A stretch of DNA of 63,119 nucleotides, the filler included, from Reclinomonas americana ATCC 50394 (Eukaryota): NCBI GenBank assembly GCA_048213135.1. It is 13 parts of 13 records of this genome, joined end to end, with 100 filler letters (N's around TTAATTAATTAA, not from the genome) between each part and the next. Parts side by side here need not be neighbours in the genome. Positions count along the whole stretch, not along the records: positions 43,059 to 49,907 come from AFZH01019036.1; positions 50,008 to 55,042 come from AFZH01019037.1; positions 55,143 to 57,517 come from AFZH01019038.1; positions 57,618 to 63,119 come from AFZH01019039.1; 9 more parts are not named here. The stretch is one strand, 5' to 3'. The position numbers were made by a program, and so were the translations under genes. Of the stretch, positions 46,898 through 60,202 are shown piece after piece (within the stretch, counting starts at the first letter, position 1; each line of letters begins with the position of its first letter). The notes under the pieces are model-generated. The model saw only the letters and a list, made by a program, of their open reading frames with translations, did no database searches and was not told the origin of the DNA.

Positions 46898-49331
46898 ATG
46901 GATCTCGAGTCTGTGCTCGATGACAGCACTGCTGGTGTGTTTACGACAGTGAGTGTGTGGGTGTTTCCTCTGCTGTGCTCACCCTCCGCCGCCAGTTCCA
47001 CAACTCTTTCGCTGTTCGATTTGCTCGTCGGTCGCTGATGGACCCACTCGCTGCGGCAATCGGTGTGTGTTCTCTCTCCTCACTCTCTCTTTCCCTCTCT
47101 TCTCTCTCACGCACGCACACAACACCAGCTGCTCTGGAGTCTTCTGTGAGACCTGCCTGAAGCGGTGGGCGGCCGAGGTGAGCAACCAACTGACACTCTC
47201 CTCTCTCTCTCTCGTGCGCCCTCTCTCACCTCACGTCCTCGCTGCACAGCGCGAGAGTTGTCCGACTTGTCGTCGTGATCTTGCGCTGCATGACTTGGGG
47301 CCAGGTGCGCGCGCGGTCTCTATCACTGCGCACACTGGTAGCAGGTTGCTTACAAGTTGTGACGCGCAGACCCACTGCTGGTGGAGCTGTTGGATGCGTT
47401 TGCCGCGCACTGTCCCTTCGCTGGGTGCCCCTTCAAGGGACCACTGGCACAAGTGCGACGGCACATTCGTGGTGTGGCCTCGAGCTCCTCGGCCGACTGC
47501 AATCCGTCGTCGGCCTCGTCGCCTCAGGCCTCCTCGCATGCGTGTCCGTTCGAGCCGGTGGCGTGTCCGCACCGTGATCGAGGCTGTGCGACGCAGATGA
47601 CTCGTGCAGAGTTGGCCGCCTCGTCGCACGTCGCCGAGTGTCCGTTCCGGCCGGTGGTGTGCTTGTGCGGCCGCACGCTGTGCTGGCGAGAGGTGGAGGT
47701 TGGTATGCAGGTGTTAACCACAGGCGTAGCTGCTCTATCTTAGTTGTTACGCAGGATCATCGAGTGCACGAGTGCCCAGCCGAGTCGATCGAGTGCCAGT
47801 ACTGCCACGAAAGTGTGCCACGCGGGAAGCTGGACTCGCATCACTCGGACTCGTGCATGGAGAGCCCCGGTGCGTTGCTGTGTGGGAGAATGGAGGTTGG
47901 TGAGAGAGCTCACGCTGGCGATGCGCAGTGGTGTGCACGCACTCGGAATTCAACTGTCCGTGGCACGGCAAGCGCAAGGACCTCAACGAGCACATCACCA
48001 CACAGTGCAAGTGTGAGCCGGTGAAGGACGTGCTGCAGTCGATGCGCCTGGAGAATCGGTTGCTTTGCAGACGGGTTTCTGAAGTGCGTTATTCATGTGC
48101 TGGCGGTGGAGTTGTCCATGTGACGCTGACCGTGCGCATGCCCATCGTGCAGCTCGAGGAGAGACTCCGATTGCTGCAAAGCGGAGTCGTGCAGCGTGCC
48201 GCCGAGGTGCGTTTTCATCTCTCCTCCATGTCTCACTCTGTCACTCACTCACTCACTGACGCACGATACAGCTCGACGCAGAATGGCAGCAGTGGCCGGT
48301 GGGCGGCATTCGCGGAGTGGCAAATCTGCGATCGAGTCGCTACCTGCAGTACCTGGACTCGCAGCAGTCGCCCGCGGCAGCGGCAGCGTCGTCTCTCGCA
48401 CGGAGCGGAAGCAACAATGGTTCCTGTTGTGTGTGTGTGTGGTTGTGGTACGTTGTCGCACAACAGCACTCAACTCTCGCAATGCAGGCGGAGGCACCGA
48501 TTCCGTGCATTCTCGGGTGCAACAACAGCTGCAGCGACTGGATGAGATTTTCGCCGGGCGACAGGCCTTACTGGCCGGGTTGGACCTGCTCGATTCATCC
48601 ACTGGTAGCTCACATGCGGACCTGTACTCTAGTGGCGAACTGGCGGCCATTGCCGAGGGCCGGCGATGGCGATCGGCAACTTTTGAAGACGACGACGACG
48701 ATGACGATGACGACGATGATGGAATTGGTGGTGGTGGTCTTGATATCGACGATGGAGATGACGATGACGACGATGACGATGATGATGACGGCGCTCTTGG
48801 TCGGTACGGTGACGGCGACGATGCGGTGTTTGTGAATGAGGAGGGCCAGCTGAGCGGCAATGTCGAACGCCTCGCTCGCAACCTGTCCTCGTATCACGCA
48901 CAGAGCAACCGACACAACTTGCTGGATCGCTTGCTGGCACGCTTGGACACTAGTGGAGCTGGTGGTAGTAGTGGCGGCGGTGGCGGCGCGCGACGCGGTG
49001 ACGGAGGCGACGACGATGACGACGATGACGATGATGACGATGACGACCGTGAGGATGGCGAGATCCTGCATCCCCCGCGTCGTGCTGCAGCTCGCCGGAC
49101 ACAGGTGCGTCTGCCACGATGGGCGCGCCAGCTGGCAGAACCGGCCGACGACGCAGTCAGTCGCGATCCCGTACTGGCTCGCATGCAGAGACGAAACGAG
49201 GTGTGTGAGATCCGCTGCTGGCACAGGGTACAATGAGCTGACTGTGTGTGTACGCCTAGCTTTTGCGCAGCATGCTGCGTCAAGAAGACGAGAGATACAC
49301 TGGCCGGTCGCAAGTCAACGCGCCGCCATGA
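46898..49331 (+). CDS. TRAF-like E3 ligase: RING + TRAF-type zinc fingers + coil + acidic tail (no MATH domain seen)
   Basis: RING CSICSSVADGPTRC...GVFCETCLKRW...SCPTCR. TRAF fingers CPFAGCPFKG, CPFEPVACPHRDRGC, ECPFRPVVCLCG, ECPAESIECQYCH and CTHSEFNCPWHGKRKDLNEHI. Confidence 0.88.
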
Positions 49332-49446
49332 TTCGCCGCCATGTTTGGTTGTCAGTGTAGCAGCAACTCGTATCGTTCACTATTCCCCCCACCTCTTCCT
49401 CCCTCTCTCTCTCTCTCGTTCTCTACGGGTGTGGGATGATCATCGA

Positions 49447-50112
49447 TTAGCCGGCAACGTACTTGGTCGGCAACTGCACCTGCTTGACACCGCCACTGGT
49501 GGTGCTGAGGAGACCGGCATTGGGTATGACATTCCAGTGCAACGACAGCTTGACATTACGATTCCTGCAGCGCGCTGCAATGTCAGCACCGGGTGGAAAA
49601 AACAAGAACCCACGACACACACACACGCACGCACCGCAAGTCGCGCCCGTGATCGACAAACACAAAGCTGTTCTCCTCCTCGTCCATGTCGAGGTCGGCA
49701 TCCTCGCGGTTCTCCAGCACACGGTTCCACAGGATCAGCTCGCTGCGAACCTGCGCACGACAGACAAGTGAGTGCACAACACACAAAGACAGAGGCCAGG
49801 CGAGACAAGACGCAACATGATCGGCGGTGACATACTCGGCCTTGAGGTAGGTGTAAATGACCTTGACATTCCAGTTCCACAGTGGTCGCAAGTCGGCCTT
49901 GATGGCANNNNNNNNNNNNNNNNNNNNNNNNNNNNNNNNNNNNNNNNNNNNTTAATTAATTAANNNNNNNNNNNNNNNNNNNNNNNNNNNNNNNNNNNNN
50001 NNNNNNNGGTGGAGTACAACGCCGAGGAGAACATGAGGCACAGAGTGGCCACTCCCAACAGAGTCACTGCATAAGTGAACAGCGCCGATGCGCGCTGCGC
50101 AAACGTGTGCAT
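49447..50112 (-). CDS. SPCS3: Signal peptidase complex subunit 3 (SPC22/23)
   Basis: N-terminus MHTFAQRASALFTYA, then ADLRPLWNWNVKVIYTYLKAEY, LILWNRV and NVKLSLHWNVIPNAGLL. Spans the gap at 49908. Confidence 0.92.
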
Positions 50113-50217
50113 GGCGAAGGGAGTGAGAGGCGAAGGACAGCTGCTGCTGGACTTTGTACACTCTTTTTTCTCTCATGCGACGTTGCGTTTTGTTTGTTTT
50201 TTTCTCCCTCCTCGTGC

Positions 50218-53200
50218 TTAGACGCAAGCGGCGACCGAGGTGGAGCCTTGTCCGGCGGTGGTCTTGCCTGCTGGGCACGGTGTGCACACCGGTGATCCTG
50301 GAGCGTCAGAGTACTGGCCAATGGGGCAGTTGATGCATGAGGTCTGGCCGCTGAGCGACTGGTACTTGCCCTTGGGGCAACTCGCACACGCTCCACCGCC
50401 TGTGGTATCTGTGGGTGTGTGCATAAGTGTGTGCAAGTGAATACGGGCCAGAAGGAGGGGTGACGTTGAGGGGGACGTGGGCGCACATTCTCCAGGCTGG
50501 CAATTGTAGCAAGCGTCTCTCCGGAAGGCCGACGTCTGACCGTTGGTGCACGTGGCGCACGAAGTGGCGGGCACGAGTGCATTCCACGTGCCAGGAACAC
50601 AGTTCAGGCACTGACGACCGCCGTTGCCGTAGGTGCCTGCACGCATGCACAGGAGGGCGATGAGGCGGGCCACACACACACAAAAACACGAGCGGCGATG
50701 AGGCGCACCATTCACGCATTGCTCGAGACGCCCGTCGCGACATGACGAGTTGGTGGGGCACTTGGTGCACACGCCATTGTTGTTGTACTCGTCGGCTTTG
50801 CACGGTGATCCGACTCCGTTGACGCACACCTGGACGAGAAACATGGTCAGGCCAGGGAAATGCGACGCCTCCTCTCCTACACCCTCGCAGTCTACTCACC
50901 CAGCCCGACGGACACGTGGCGCACGTCGACTGGCCGCCGAACGAGTGCATGCCGGCAATGGCACAACTGTACCGCTGCGAAGCCGAGCACGCCGATGCCA
51001 ATTCGCACCAGTGACAGGTGCCGCGGCGCTTCACCTCATAATAGTAGCCAGGCTGGCAGGAACACGCAACTGCGCAAAGAAGACAGGAAGTCACGGGTTA
51101 AACACTCCTCTTTCTGTCACGCGCAGAGATGCAGACACGCAACTGGTCGGATTGGCCACGATTTCGACGTCGTCAAAGAGCACAGCGCCCGACGTGAAGC
51201 CCGACAGCGTGAGTGTGAGCTGCACCGACGTGATGCTGCCGGTGGTCATGGTCAAGTCGTAGCTGAGCGACTGCCACACACCGACCTGACCAGCCGCCGT
51301 GTTGAAGGCGAGTTGTTGAGTGGATCCTGCGTTAGGGGAGGAGGCGAGGGTGAGACGCAGGTCGGAATCCCGAGGAGAGAGGGTACAGCCAACAACAAGC
51401 CGCCTGACAAAACCTACAACCCAGCATGCTTCTCTTCTCTTCTTTCCCCTCCCTTTGCCCTCTCGCCAAACCTGGTGTTATGACCGCAGTCATGCGCCAG
51501 TTACCAGCGCCAACCAGTGCCGTACGCATGTATCCCTTGACGCGCACACGGAAGTTGACGGCGTTGGTCTCCTGCACCGTAATGGTCTGAGTCGCCGAGT
51601 TGGTGCCACCGTTGCCGTCCATGCGCAGGAAGGGCGCGGTGCCGGTGCCGGCCGCGTTGCTGTCGATCACGTACGAGCCAGAGGAGAGCGTCCATCGCTC
51701 CAGTGCATTGGTGGCTCCCTGTGTGAACTCGGGCCACAGCATGTTGCCGTTCAGCACCCAGCCTCCACCAATGGCATTGATGGCCGCTGTGGATGCATGA
51801 GGAAACCAAAGAGACGGCAGAGTGCGACATTCTCTCTCTCTCTCTCACACACCGTAGTTTGCACTCGCACATGACACGCACTGCGAGTAGCCAACCAGCG
51901 AGTACTGATTCGCTGCGCAGGCTGTGCACGCCGACGCTCCTGAACCGCTGTATGTCGAAGCCGGACAGCGCTGGCACACGGAGAACGAGGAACCGCCGGC
52001 GGTGGTGCTGTACGTGCCAGGAATGCAGGGGACGCATTGTGTGAGACCAGTCTGGCCCCAGGAGCCGGCCGCACATCCAGTGCACTGGTTGACATTGGTG
52101 AGGCCCGGAGCACCACCAAATGTGCCCGGTGGACAGCCGACTGCGCATCATGAGGGTGAGTGTGAAGCGCAAGAAAAGGTACGCCGCCGAGCAGACGACG
52201 CAACTGCAACTGGCCACGCTCTGAGCGTTTGTGCCCGGGAAGTATGTGCCTTGCGGACACTGCGCCGTCAATCACGAGTGAATTTAGAAGCCGCTGTGAC
52301 GCAAAGTGTCGATTGCGGGACGGACGCAACATTGATGCACGACGACTGCCCGGTCTGGTCTTGGTATTTACCGGCCGGGCACACCGTGCAACTCGTCTGA
52401 CCCAGCAAGTTCTGTGCTCCCATCGCAGTGCGTCAGCATCTGTCACAAAGTAATATCGTGCTCGAGTGTGCTCACCTGGAATGTGCCCTTGGCGCAGGCG
52501 ACACAGGAGGAGAGTAGGGATTGGCCACTCAGCGTCGATAACATGGAGGTACCGGCTGCGCAGCGCAAGAGGCGGTAAGTGGGTGAAGCAGCGGCATCGT
52601 TCGCAAGTGCCGTGCTCCTGAGGAATACCTGGGCACTGGATGCAAGACGTGGACTGCGAGTTTGGTTGATAACTGCAACCAGAACACAAGAGGTGAGGCC
52701 AGCAGAATTGCAAGGCGATGAGCAAACGGCAAGAAGGACGCACGTTCCCGCGATACAATTCAGACAAGAACCGGCTCCACCCTGCACCAAAAAGTCGAGA
52801 ATTCTTTTCAGAAGACATGTCGTACACCAACTCATTCCACAACAATGCAACAAACCGCGGCCTTGAAGGTGCCCGGACCGCAAGGTGTACACGATGCGGC
52901 ACTCGCATTACTGCAAGGGACACGGTGCATGTCAGCTGCGGCGAGGCACACGGGTGGCAACCCAGTGATAACTCACCTATAGGTGCCAGCTGCGCAGGAC
53001 TGGCAGGCGGCCGTGTTGGGTGCGCCGAACGAGCCGGCAGTGCATGCCGTGCAGGTGCTGCTGCCGGCCACGGACACGGCACCAGTCTGCGCACAGGGCC
53101 ACCGAGTGAGTTTCACATCACGAACTACTGAGACGCACGCGTAGTGGTACTGTGCGCACCGGGCAAGCCAAGCAGTCGCTGGCCAGGGTGCGGCCGGTCA

Positions 53201-55782
53201 GGGTGCTGGAGCGACAGTGAGCACTCAGTGCATTCACAAGGGGTTCACATAGCACGCAACTTGAAAGTTCCGATCGGGCACTGTGTGCACGTCGCAGATC
53301 CCGTCACGGCGGCGTACGTGCCGGCCAAGCACGACTGGCAGACACTGATCGAGGTCGCATTGAGCTGCGCAAATCGGGGTGAGGGTGAGACGTAAATTGA
53401 ATACAACAGGTGGGGCGTGGCAAGCGCATGCCGTACGCAACCGCTTGACTCGCTGTACCGAGTGGACAGTTCCTGTTGCCAGCGCACATAGTAATATGAT
53501 AAGCGTGCTCCTCTCACACATGCACACACAGACGGCTTGCGCAACGAGCAGGAGGCCAACGAAGTGCCGCCAGGGGCGGTTGCATAGGTGCCTGCCGGGC
53601 AGCTGATGCATGTCGCCTGACCGGCACCATTGGTGTAGAATCCCTGCGCGCAAGTGGTGCACGAATACGCGCCTGCGTAGCACGCACGACACGCAGATGA
53701 GTTAAGTGATGACACTCGGGAAGGAGTTCACGAACGCCAGTCGCACCAATGGCAGAAATGCTTCCGGCAGCGCAATTGGAGCACTGTGACGTGCAGCAAC
53801 AGCAATCGAGTGAGTGGATGTTGCGTTAGAAATGGATGGGCACACGATCATTCACCGTGGAGTCACCAGCTGCGGAAAACTGTCCCGCCGGGCACGTTGG
53901 ACGGCTGTAGTCGGTCACTACGACACGGTGCGGTGAGTCGCAACGATTTACGATCGTGCGTTCCTAGTGACAGAGTGAGCGCAACTCCACGTGTCCGAGA
54001 GCGACTGGTACTGGTCTTCACCGCCGTGTACCCACACAGTGTTGTTGAACACAAACATGCCGAAATTGCGACGCACACCAATGGCCGTCGGGTTGCTGAT
54101 GGATGGTGTGTACCAGCGATTCAACACATTGTCGTACTCGATCGGTGATGCTGCAGGATGGACACATCAGTGGCACGAGTGAGAGAAACAAGAGAGGGGA
54201 GATGCGCAACTGAGGTAATTGGGAAACGTCGATCGGTAACCGCCGAAAATGAACATGCGATTGCCCTGCACCACGGCCTTGTGACTGGCACGACCAGCCG
54301 GTGGGCTCGCTGCAACAATATGGATATTGAGAAGCGGATACGCAAGGAAGGGGAACGGTAACGCATGCACGCAACAGGCATTGCTGATGGTGGTCCATCC
54401 GCCGGGAACTGCGCAACACCTACTTTAGGCAACCCTCTCACACACACACAGAGGACAGCGGATACGATTCCGCAACTGCAGTAGCTCATCAGGGTGGAGT
54501 ACACGGTGTAGACGACCGAGGTTGACACCGTGTTACCGCCAAACACATACATGCACGTGCCGAGCCACACGGCCGAGTGGTAGGCGGTGGCTTGTGGCCC
54601 TGCTGCGAGTGAAGTCCACGTCTTGGTCGCTGCGTGCTACAGTGAGTCGCGATCGCAGCGAAAGGCCTGTCACAAGACGCGCTTGCTCAACTGAAATCAA
54701 ACGAGTACAGGTCGCTGAGGAGACTCAGATCGGCAGCTGCGCCACCGTACAGGTAGCCGAGATTGTTGTTCGGATTCAATACAAACGTGGCGCCCTCCCT
54801 GATTGGCGGAGTCGAGCCACTCGTCGTGATGGGTCCCACCCAGGGTCCGTTGGCGCCGGCGGGATTGCCTGCACGATATCACACACATGAGCGGGCGGCT
54901 GGCACGCGGGGAGTGAAAGAGAGCGAGCAACGACACCACGCAACGATACTGCCACAGATCGTTCAAATACGCTGCGCCACTGTAGCCGCCAAAGATGTAC
55001 ATGGTGCCGTCGGGCGCGATCACGGCGCTGTGATCCACTCGANNNNNNNNNNNNNNNNNNNNNNNNNNNNNNNNNNNNNNNNNNNNTTAATTAATTAANN
55101 NNNNNNNNNNNNNNNNNNNNNNNNNNNNNNNNNNNNNNNNNNTCTCTCCATAAGTCGTCTCCACTGTGCTCTCTCTCTCTCTCTTCCTTCTTCTTCGCTC
55201 TCCCTCTCTCATGCCCTCTCTCGTTCCTCCCTATCTTCTCTGTGCTCTCAGTCTCAATCTCTCTCACTCACTCTTCTTCTCTTGTCGTCTTCTTTACTCT
55301 CTCCACCTCTTCAGTCTCCCTCTCTCTCTCTCTCTCTCTTCCTTCTTCTTTGGCTCTCTCCCTCTCCCATGCCCTCTCTCGCCCTCTCTTCCTTCCTCCT
55401 CTTCATCGCCTTGTCTCCTTTCTCTTTCATCTCTCTCTCTCCCTCTCTCCCACTCAACTCGTCAGATCCATGCGATACACATCGGGGCTGACACTCGGGC
55501 TGAAGTTGACCGTGACGACACCACCATAGGCGACCGCGTACTGTCCCACCACCAGCGTTGAGTGCCCGCGCACCACAGGAAACGTTGGACTGTTCTCCAA
55601 CGTCCATGATGCGCCGTCCACTGAGCAGCACAAGGAGACACAAGAGAGTGTGAGTGAGTGAGAGAGAGAGAGAGTGAGAGTGTGAGTGCGCGCGCTCAGA
55701 GGCACTGACCGAGAACGATGAGTGACAACATGATGCTCAGTGCTGCCGCGAGCAGCGATGCATTGTCGATGCGCCACTGCAT
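50218..55782 (-). CDS. Secreted protein: signal peptide + Kelch beta-propeller + GCC2/GCC3 (ephrin-receptor-like) Cys-rich repeats + embedded CBM/galactose-binding-like domain
   Basis: Signal peptide MQWRIDNASLLAAALSIMLSLIVL. Kelch motifs RGHSTLVVGQYAVAYGG, HSAVIAPDGTMYIFGGYSG...LNDLWQY and RASHKAVVQGNRMFIFGG. Many CxxCPxGxY repeats. The segment NGNML...ERWTL...VLFDDVEI is jelly-roll-like. Confidence 0.8.
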
Positions 55783-56624
55783 CGCTGGCAGTCAGTGTCA
55801 GCGTGTGTGTGTGTGTGTGCGAGCGAGCGAGCGTCGAAGTGATTGAGATCATCAACCAACCGAAATTGCATGTCTGAAAATTGCGAGTTTTTTGCTCCCT
55901 CCTTCGCCGGGAGCGGCTGCTGCTGTGTGCGAGCCGCTGGGTGTGGCTGGTGGCGAGTGCCGACAGTGCTCACCGGCTCGGATTGGTGGATGGAATTCGA
56001 GTACAAGTGAAATCGGACACTATCCGATATCGGGCCGACGCCGGCCTTGGATGCGTGGAGAGGGTGCAGAAGGCGTGGGTGGGGCGGAGAACAGAGAGAG
56101 GGAAGGTGCATCCAGCAGAGTTCACGTCGTTCCGAATTACGGTTTGTCAACTGATCGTGAAACCGGAAATGCATTGACGATTGATTTCCACCGATGTATC
56201 GGTCGCAGCTGATTCCGGCCTGCAGAGACAAAGAAGAGCAGGGTTCGATCTCTGCATATTCGACGCCACAAACAACCAGTTGCATGCATGATCGGTGGTG
56301 AACCAACTCTCGGTTTTTGAGTTCGATCGCTGCTGCACGTGCACGCGCGCGAATGCAGTACCTTGTCTTCAGTTCCGAAGTGGATGCCTCGGGGCTTCGT
56401 CCGGCTGTCGCGTCGAGCAAGCCAGCCGATGTCCATAGCTGCGCATGCTTCGAATTCGAGCCTGCAATTGGCTCGAGCTGCACAGTGAATGCAGGAACCA
56501 ATTCCGACAAATACTCGCTGCAGACTGGCGCCCGGGCAGCCACTGCACGTCGTTGTCCACAACACTCCAGGAAAGGAAGTAAAGGCCTTCAACCCGAGCA
56601 GGACACCACCAGTTTTCTCTCAAA

Positions 56625-58010
56625 ATGAGTGGATCCGGAGCAAAGGAAGAGCTGCCCCTCGACACGTTTCACGCCGCCGACGGTTTCGCGCTGCACTGCA
56701 CCGTGTATCGCCCGCACGGAGACGACACTGCGGAGAATGTAGACTGCCTGCTGGTGTGCCCGGGCATGGGAGTTCCGTGTCGCGCCTACCGGAGACTCGC
56801 CGACTTCTTTTCGCGCCACTGCCACATGCGCGTTATGCTGTTTGATTATCGAGGCATTGGTGTGTCGCGGCCACCGCAGTGTGCAGACAGCCTGCGAGGC
56901 TTTCACGCGCGCATGTCCACGTTGCGTGCACAGCAGAGAGAGAGAACACGCATTGCCCATTCATTCATTCATTCGCATGCAGGTGGGGCACGCAAGACAT
57001 GAGTGCGGCCATCAAGTTTCGCCCAATACCTCTCCTTCATCCCTCCCTCGCTCCACCTCTCGATCTCATGCATGCTTCCTGCACAGACACGCGCATGCAC
57101 ATGTTCGATCCGGACCCACTGGTCGTCTCTTCCTCTTCTGTCACTCCATGAGTGGCATTCTGGTCGGCATGTGCACCCTGGAGGCACTGGCGCTGCCGTC
57201 GGGATGCATCACGGCCGGCTCGATGAACGCGCACTCGGGTCACTATCCTTTCCCGCAGTTTCGTTGGTTCCTCTCCCTGTCGTCTTCTTTCCGTCGCTGA
57301 TGTGAGAGGGTGAGGCAGGCGGGCTGCTCGGTGGACGTTGGATCACTTTATCATCCCCGGTCTCACGCGTCTGTGCGGCGAGTGTCCTTCTGACTGGCTC
57401 GGCTTCGGGGCTCGACTGTTGCGTCGCTGTGCCGCTCGACGGCAGATCGAACCCCTCACATCCTGTGCATGCGAGCAGACCGGCCGGAGTCGCACTCGAG
57501 TCGGCGTGGTGGTCGTGNNNNNNNNNNNNNNNNNNNNNNNNNNNNNNNNNNNNNNNNNNNNTTAATTAATTAANNNNNNNNNNNNNNNNNNNNNNNNNNN
57601 NNNNNNNNNNNNNNNNNCGACAGTCGATTCATGCTGAGGCCGGACAAGGATCGCCGCTTCACTCCGCACTACGACCGAGTCAAGTTCCCCATGCTGATGA
57701 TGTCGTTTGACGACGATCCGTTCTTCGCGCCCAAACTTGCTGTGGACAAGCTGGCTGGTGCGCTGCGCTGCTCCCTGCCTCACTGCACCCTTGCCGACAC
57801 TCACTCCTTCCTCCAGAGGCATACTCAAACGCCAAGATCACTCGCGTCCACCTCTACCCCCAGCAACTCGGCGTGGCTTCTCTCGGGCACTTCCGCATCA
57901 TTGAGGCGCCGGCGGTGCCAGTGTGGGAGCGACTCGCCGAGTGGATGAGATCGGGGATTTTCCGCGAGCTTCCTCCCGTCGCACCACCGCAGCTGCGAGC
58001 CAAGCTGTAA
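56625..58010 (+). CDS. Alpha/beta hydrolase (bacterial COG4757-like) with C-terminal PTS1 (-AKL)
   Basis: AADGFALHCTVY, PGMGVPCRAYRRLADFF, LFDYRGIGVSRP, WGTQDMSAA, nucleophile elbow CHSMSG, FDDDPFFAP and LGHFRII; ends QLRAKL*. Spans the gap at 57518. Confidence 0.82.
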
Positions 58011-58081
58011 AGAGTACACACGTACACACACATGCAAGGTTTAGGAGGACACGGTTCATTGAGTTCGCGCGCCGCTTATGA

Positions 58082-60050
58082 TTATTTTTCGCTATGCGTA
58101 GCGTTATTGCGCCTGATACGTGAGTGTGATGTGGTACTCCGTGGTTGGTGCGGCCCCAGGTGCAGCTGCGGGTACCGCCACTTGTTGATGTGACTGGTAT
58201 CGACCTGCATGCATGCAACGGTGAGTGAATAACGATCACTGCCACTCAACAGTAATAGTGCACACGAACCATAGATGAACCTGGGCTGCGCTTCGACGGT
58301 CAATAGTAACGCGGCATTCAGAGACGCCTGCAATGACACGGCACCATGTGAGACGCAAGCACACGCTGCTGCAGCAACTGCCATCATCCCAGCTCATCAG
58401 ACCTGGGCCAAAAAGTACGGGAATCTCTTCCATTGACCATTGAGCTTGGTGTACAGCCGATACCGACCATCGTCCAACTTGAAGAACAGGTCGTTGGCTC
58501 GACCGTGCGTGGCGATTCTGTGCAGAACAAGTCAGGTACTGCATCGCAGACGCCCAGTACGCGAAGTCGATTGTGCCGCAACTTCTCAATCGTATCATGC
58601 TGGTCCATGTTGACCCAGTTATCCTTGGAGTTCTTCGTGAAGAGAGGAGTTGGTCTTCTGTGCAGCGCACTTGCGCGTCAGCCGTGCGCGTGAGCGTCGA
58701 CAACCACGACATGGACGCAACGGTGGCTGTGGAGGCTGGTGCCGGCGTGGAGAAGGGTCCCGGCGTTGCGGCGACCGCGATCGCGAGCGACGACGTCGGA
58801 TGTACTCGCCGTCCTCAAAGTCGTCGTCGTCGGAACCACTGCCAGCGTCCCGACCACGGCCTTGTCGGCCAGCGCCACCACCGCCGCCGCCGCGGCCACC
58901 AGCACCACCACCGCCACCGCGGCCACCAGCACCAAGACCACCACCGCCGGCACCACCGACACCCGGTGCAGCCGCACCGGCATCACGAACTGGTGCTGGG
59001 TTGTCAAACAGACCACGGCCACCAACACCAACACCGCCACCGCCACCACCAGCAGGAACACCACCACCGCCACCAGCAACACCGCCAGCTTGCAGAGGTG
59101 CCGCAGCGGGACGAGCGGGTGCCACTGCGGGCCGCAGGATGAGATGCATGCGAGTGAACACGTATTGCCTCTGCGGAGACGGAAGAGGTGTGAGACGCTG
59201 GCAACGACACCGACCGACAATGACCGCACCTGCAAGCCTGCATTATACAACGCAGCGACGGCATCCGCTGAGCGCGCGAGTGCAACGTTGTGGAATTGTT
59301 GCATGAGGATGTGGAGCTCGTCGTCTGCGTGCGTCAACGACACACGAGTGAACAATAGCGAAACACAGGCAGACACAAGTGTGAGAGAGAGAGAGAGAAG
59401 AACGCACCGCAAAAGCCAGCACGCATGTACAGCTCGACCCAAAACGTCTCGCGCTTCGTCTCGTTGCGCAAGTACTCGGCGTGCGTCCGCAGTGCACCGG
59501 CCACTGATGACAATGATGAAGAAATGTCAATCATCACATGCTGTCAGACAGACGGCCTTCCCACCCCCCTCTCTCTCTGCTTGCATGTGAGTGTGTGTGC
59601 ACGAGTACACAACAGGTGACAACGCACATAGAGTGTGTGATGTTAACGCAACAAATGGGCTCCACCGGAATCATACTAGGATACTGTTTCACGCGCGCCG
59701 ACTCCTCCGCCAACATGTACTACCACACACACACACACGCACACAAAGCAGATAAGCACCTTCTCTCCACAACGAACAAGAGCGGCGCCTCAAGCACAAA
59801 CCATGAGCTCAACGCGGTCACGGAACTGTTCTACTCACACACCCGCTCATAGCATGTCAGTGCCTTCAACCTCCAGTGCCAACACACACATGCACACAAA
59901 GAACGTACCCAGTGTCGGGGCTGCAGCAGGGGCAGGCGCAGGACCAGCCATGCCTCCTCCTCCTCCAAACCGAGGAGCCCCCGGTGGGTACTGTGCGTGC
60001 TGCTGCGGTGGCGGCTGCGGCTGTCCATAGGCGTATGGTGGTCGGTCCAT
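58082..60050 (-). CDS. Hypothetical protein with Pro/Gln N-terminus, Gly-rich/RS linker and a possible degenerate HNH-like C-terminal domain
   Basis: Starts MDRPPYAYGQPQPPPQQHAQYPPG, followed by helical exons and a Gly-rich/RSRSP exon. The C-terminal exons read DDGRYRLYTKLNGQWKRFPYFLAQ...VDTSHINKWRYPQLHL. Confidence 0.55.
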
Positions 60051-60202
60051 TGAGAGAACAGAGTGAGTGTGTGGTGTGCGCGCGTGCAAGGGATCGAGGA
60101 AAGATGACAAGGCCTGTCAGTTCTTGCCGGGTTTGGTTGGAATCCGGCAGCTGGCTTGTTTTTGTTGGAGAGGAGAGAGAAGTGTGAATCTCGCGTTTTG
60201 CG

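Noticed and set aside
3480..57617. Repeated TTAATTAATTAA motif and ORFs ending ...XXXLIN
   Set aside because: Artificial gap linker, not biology.
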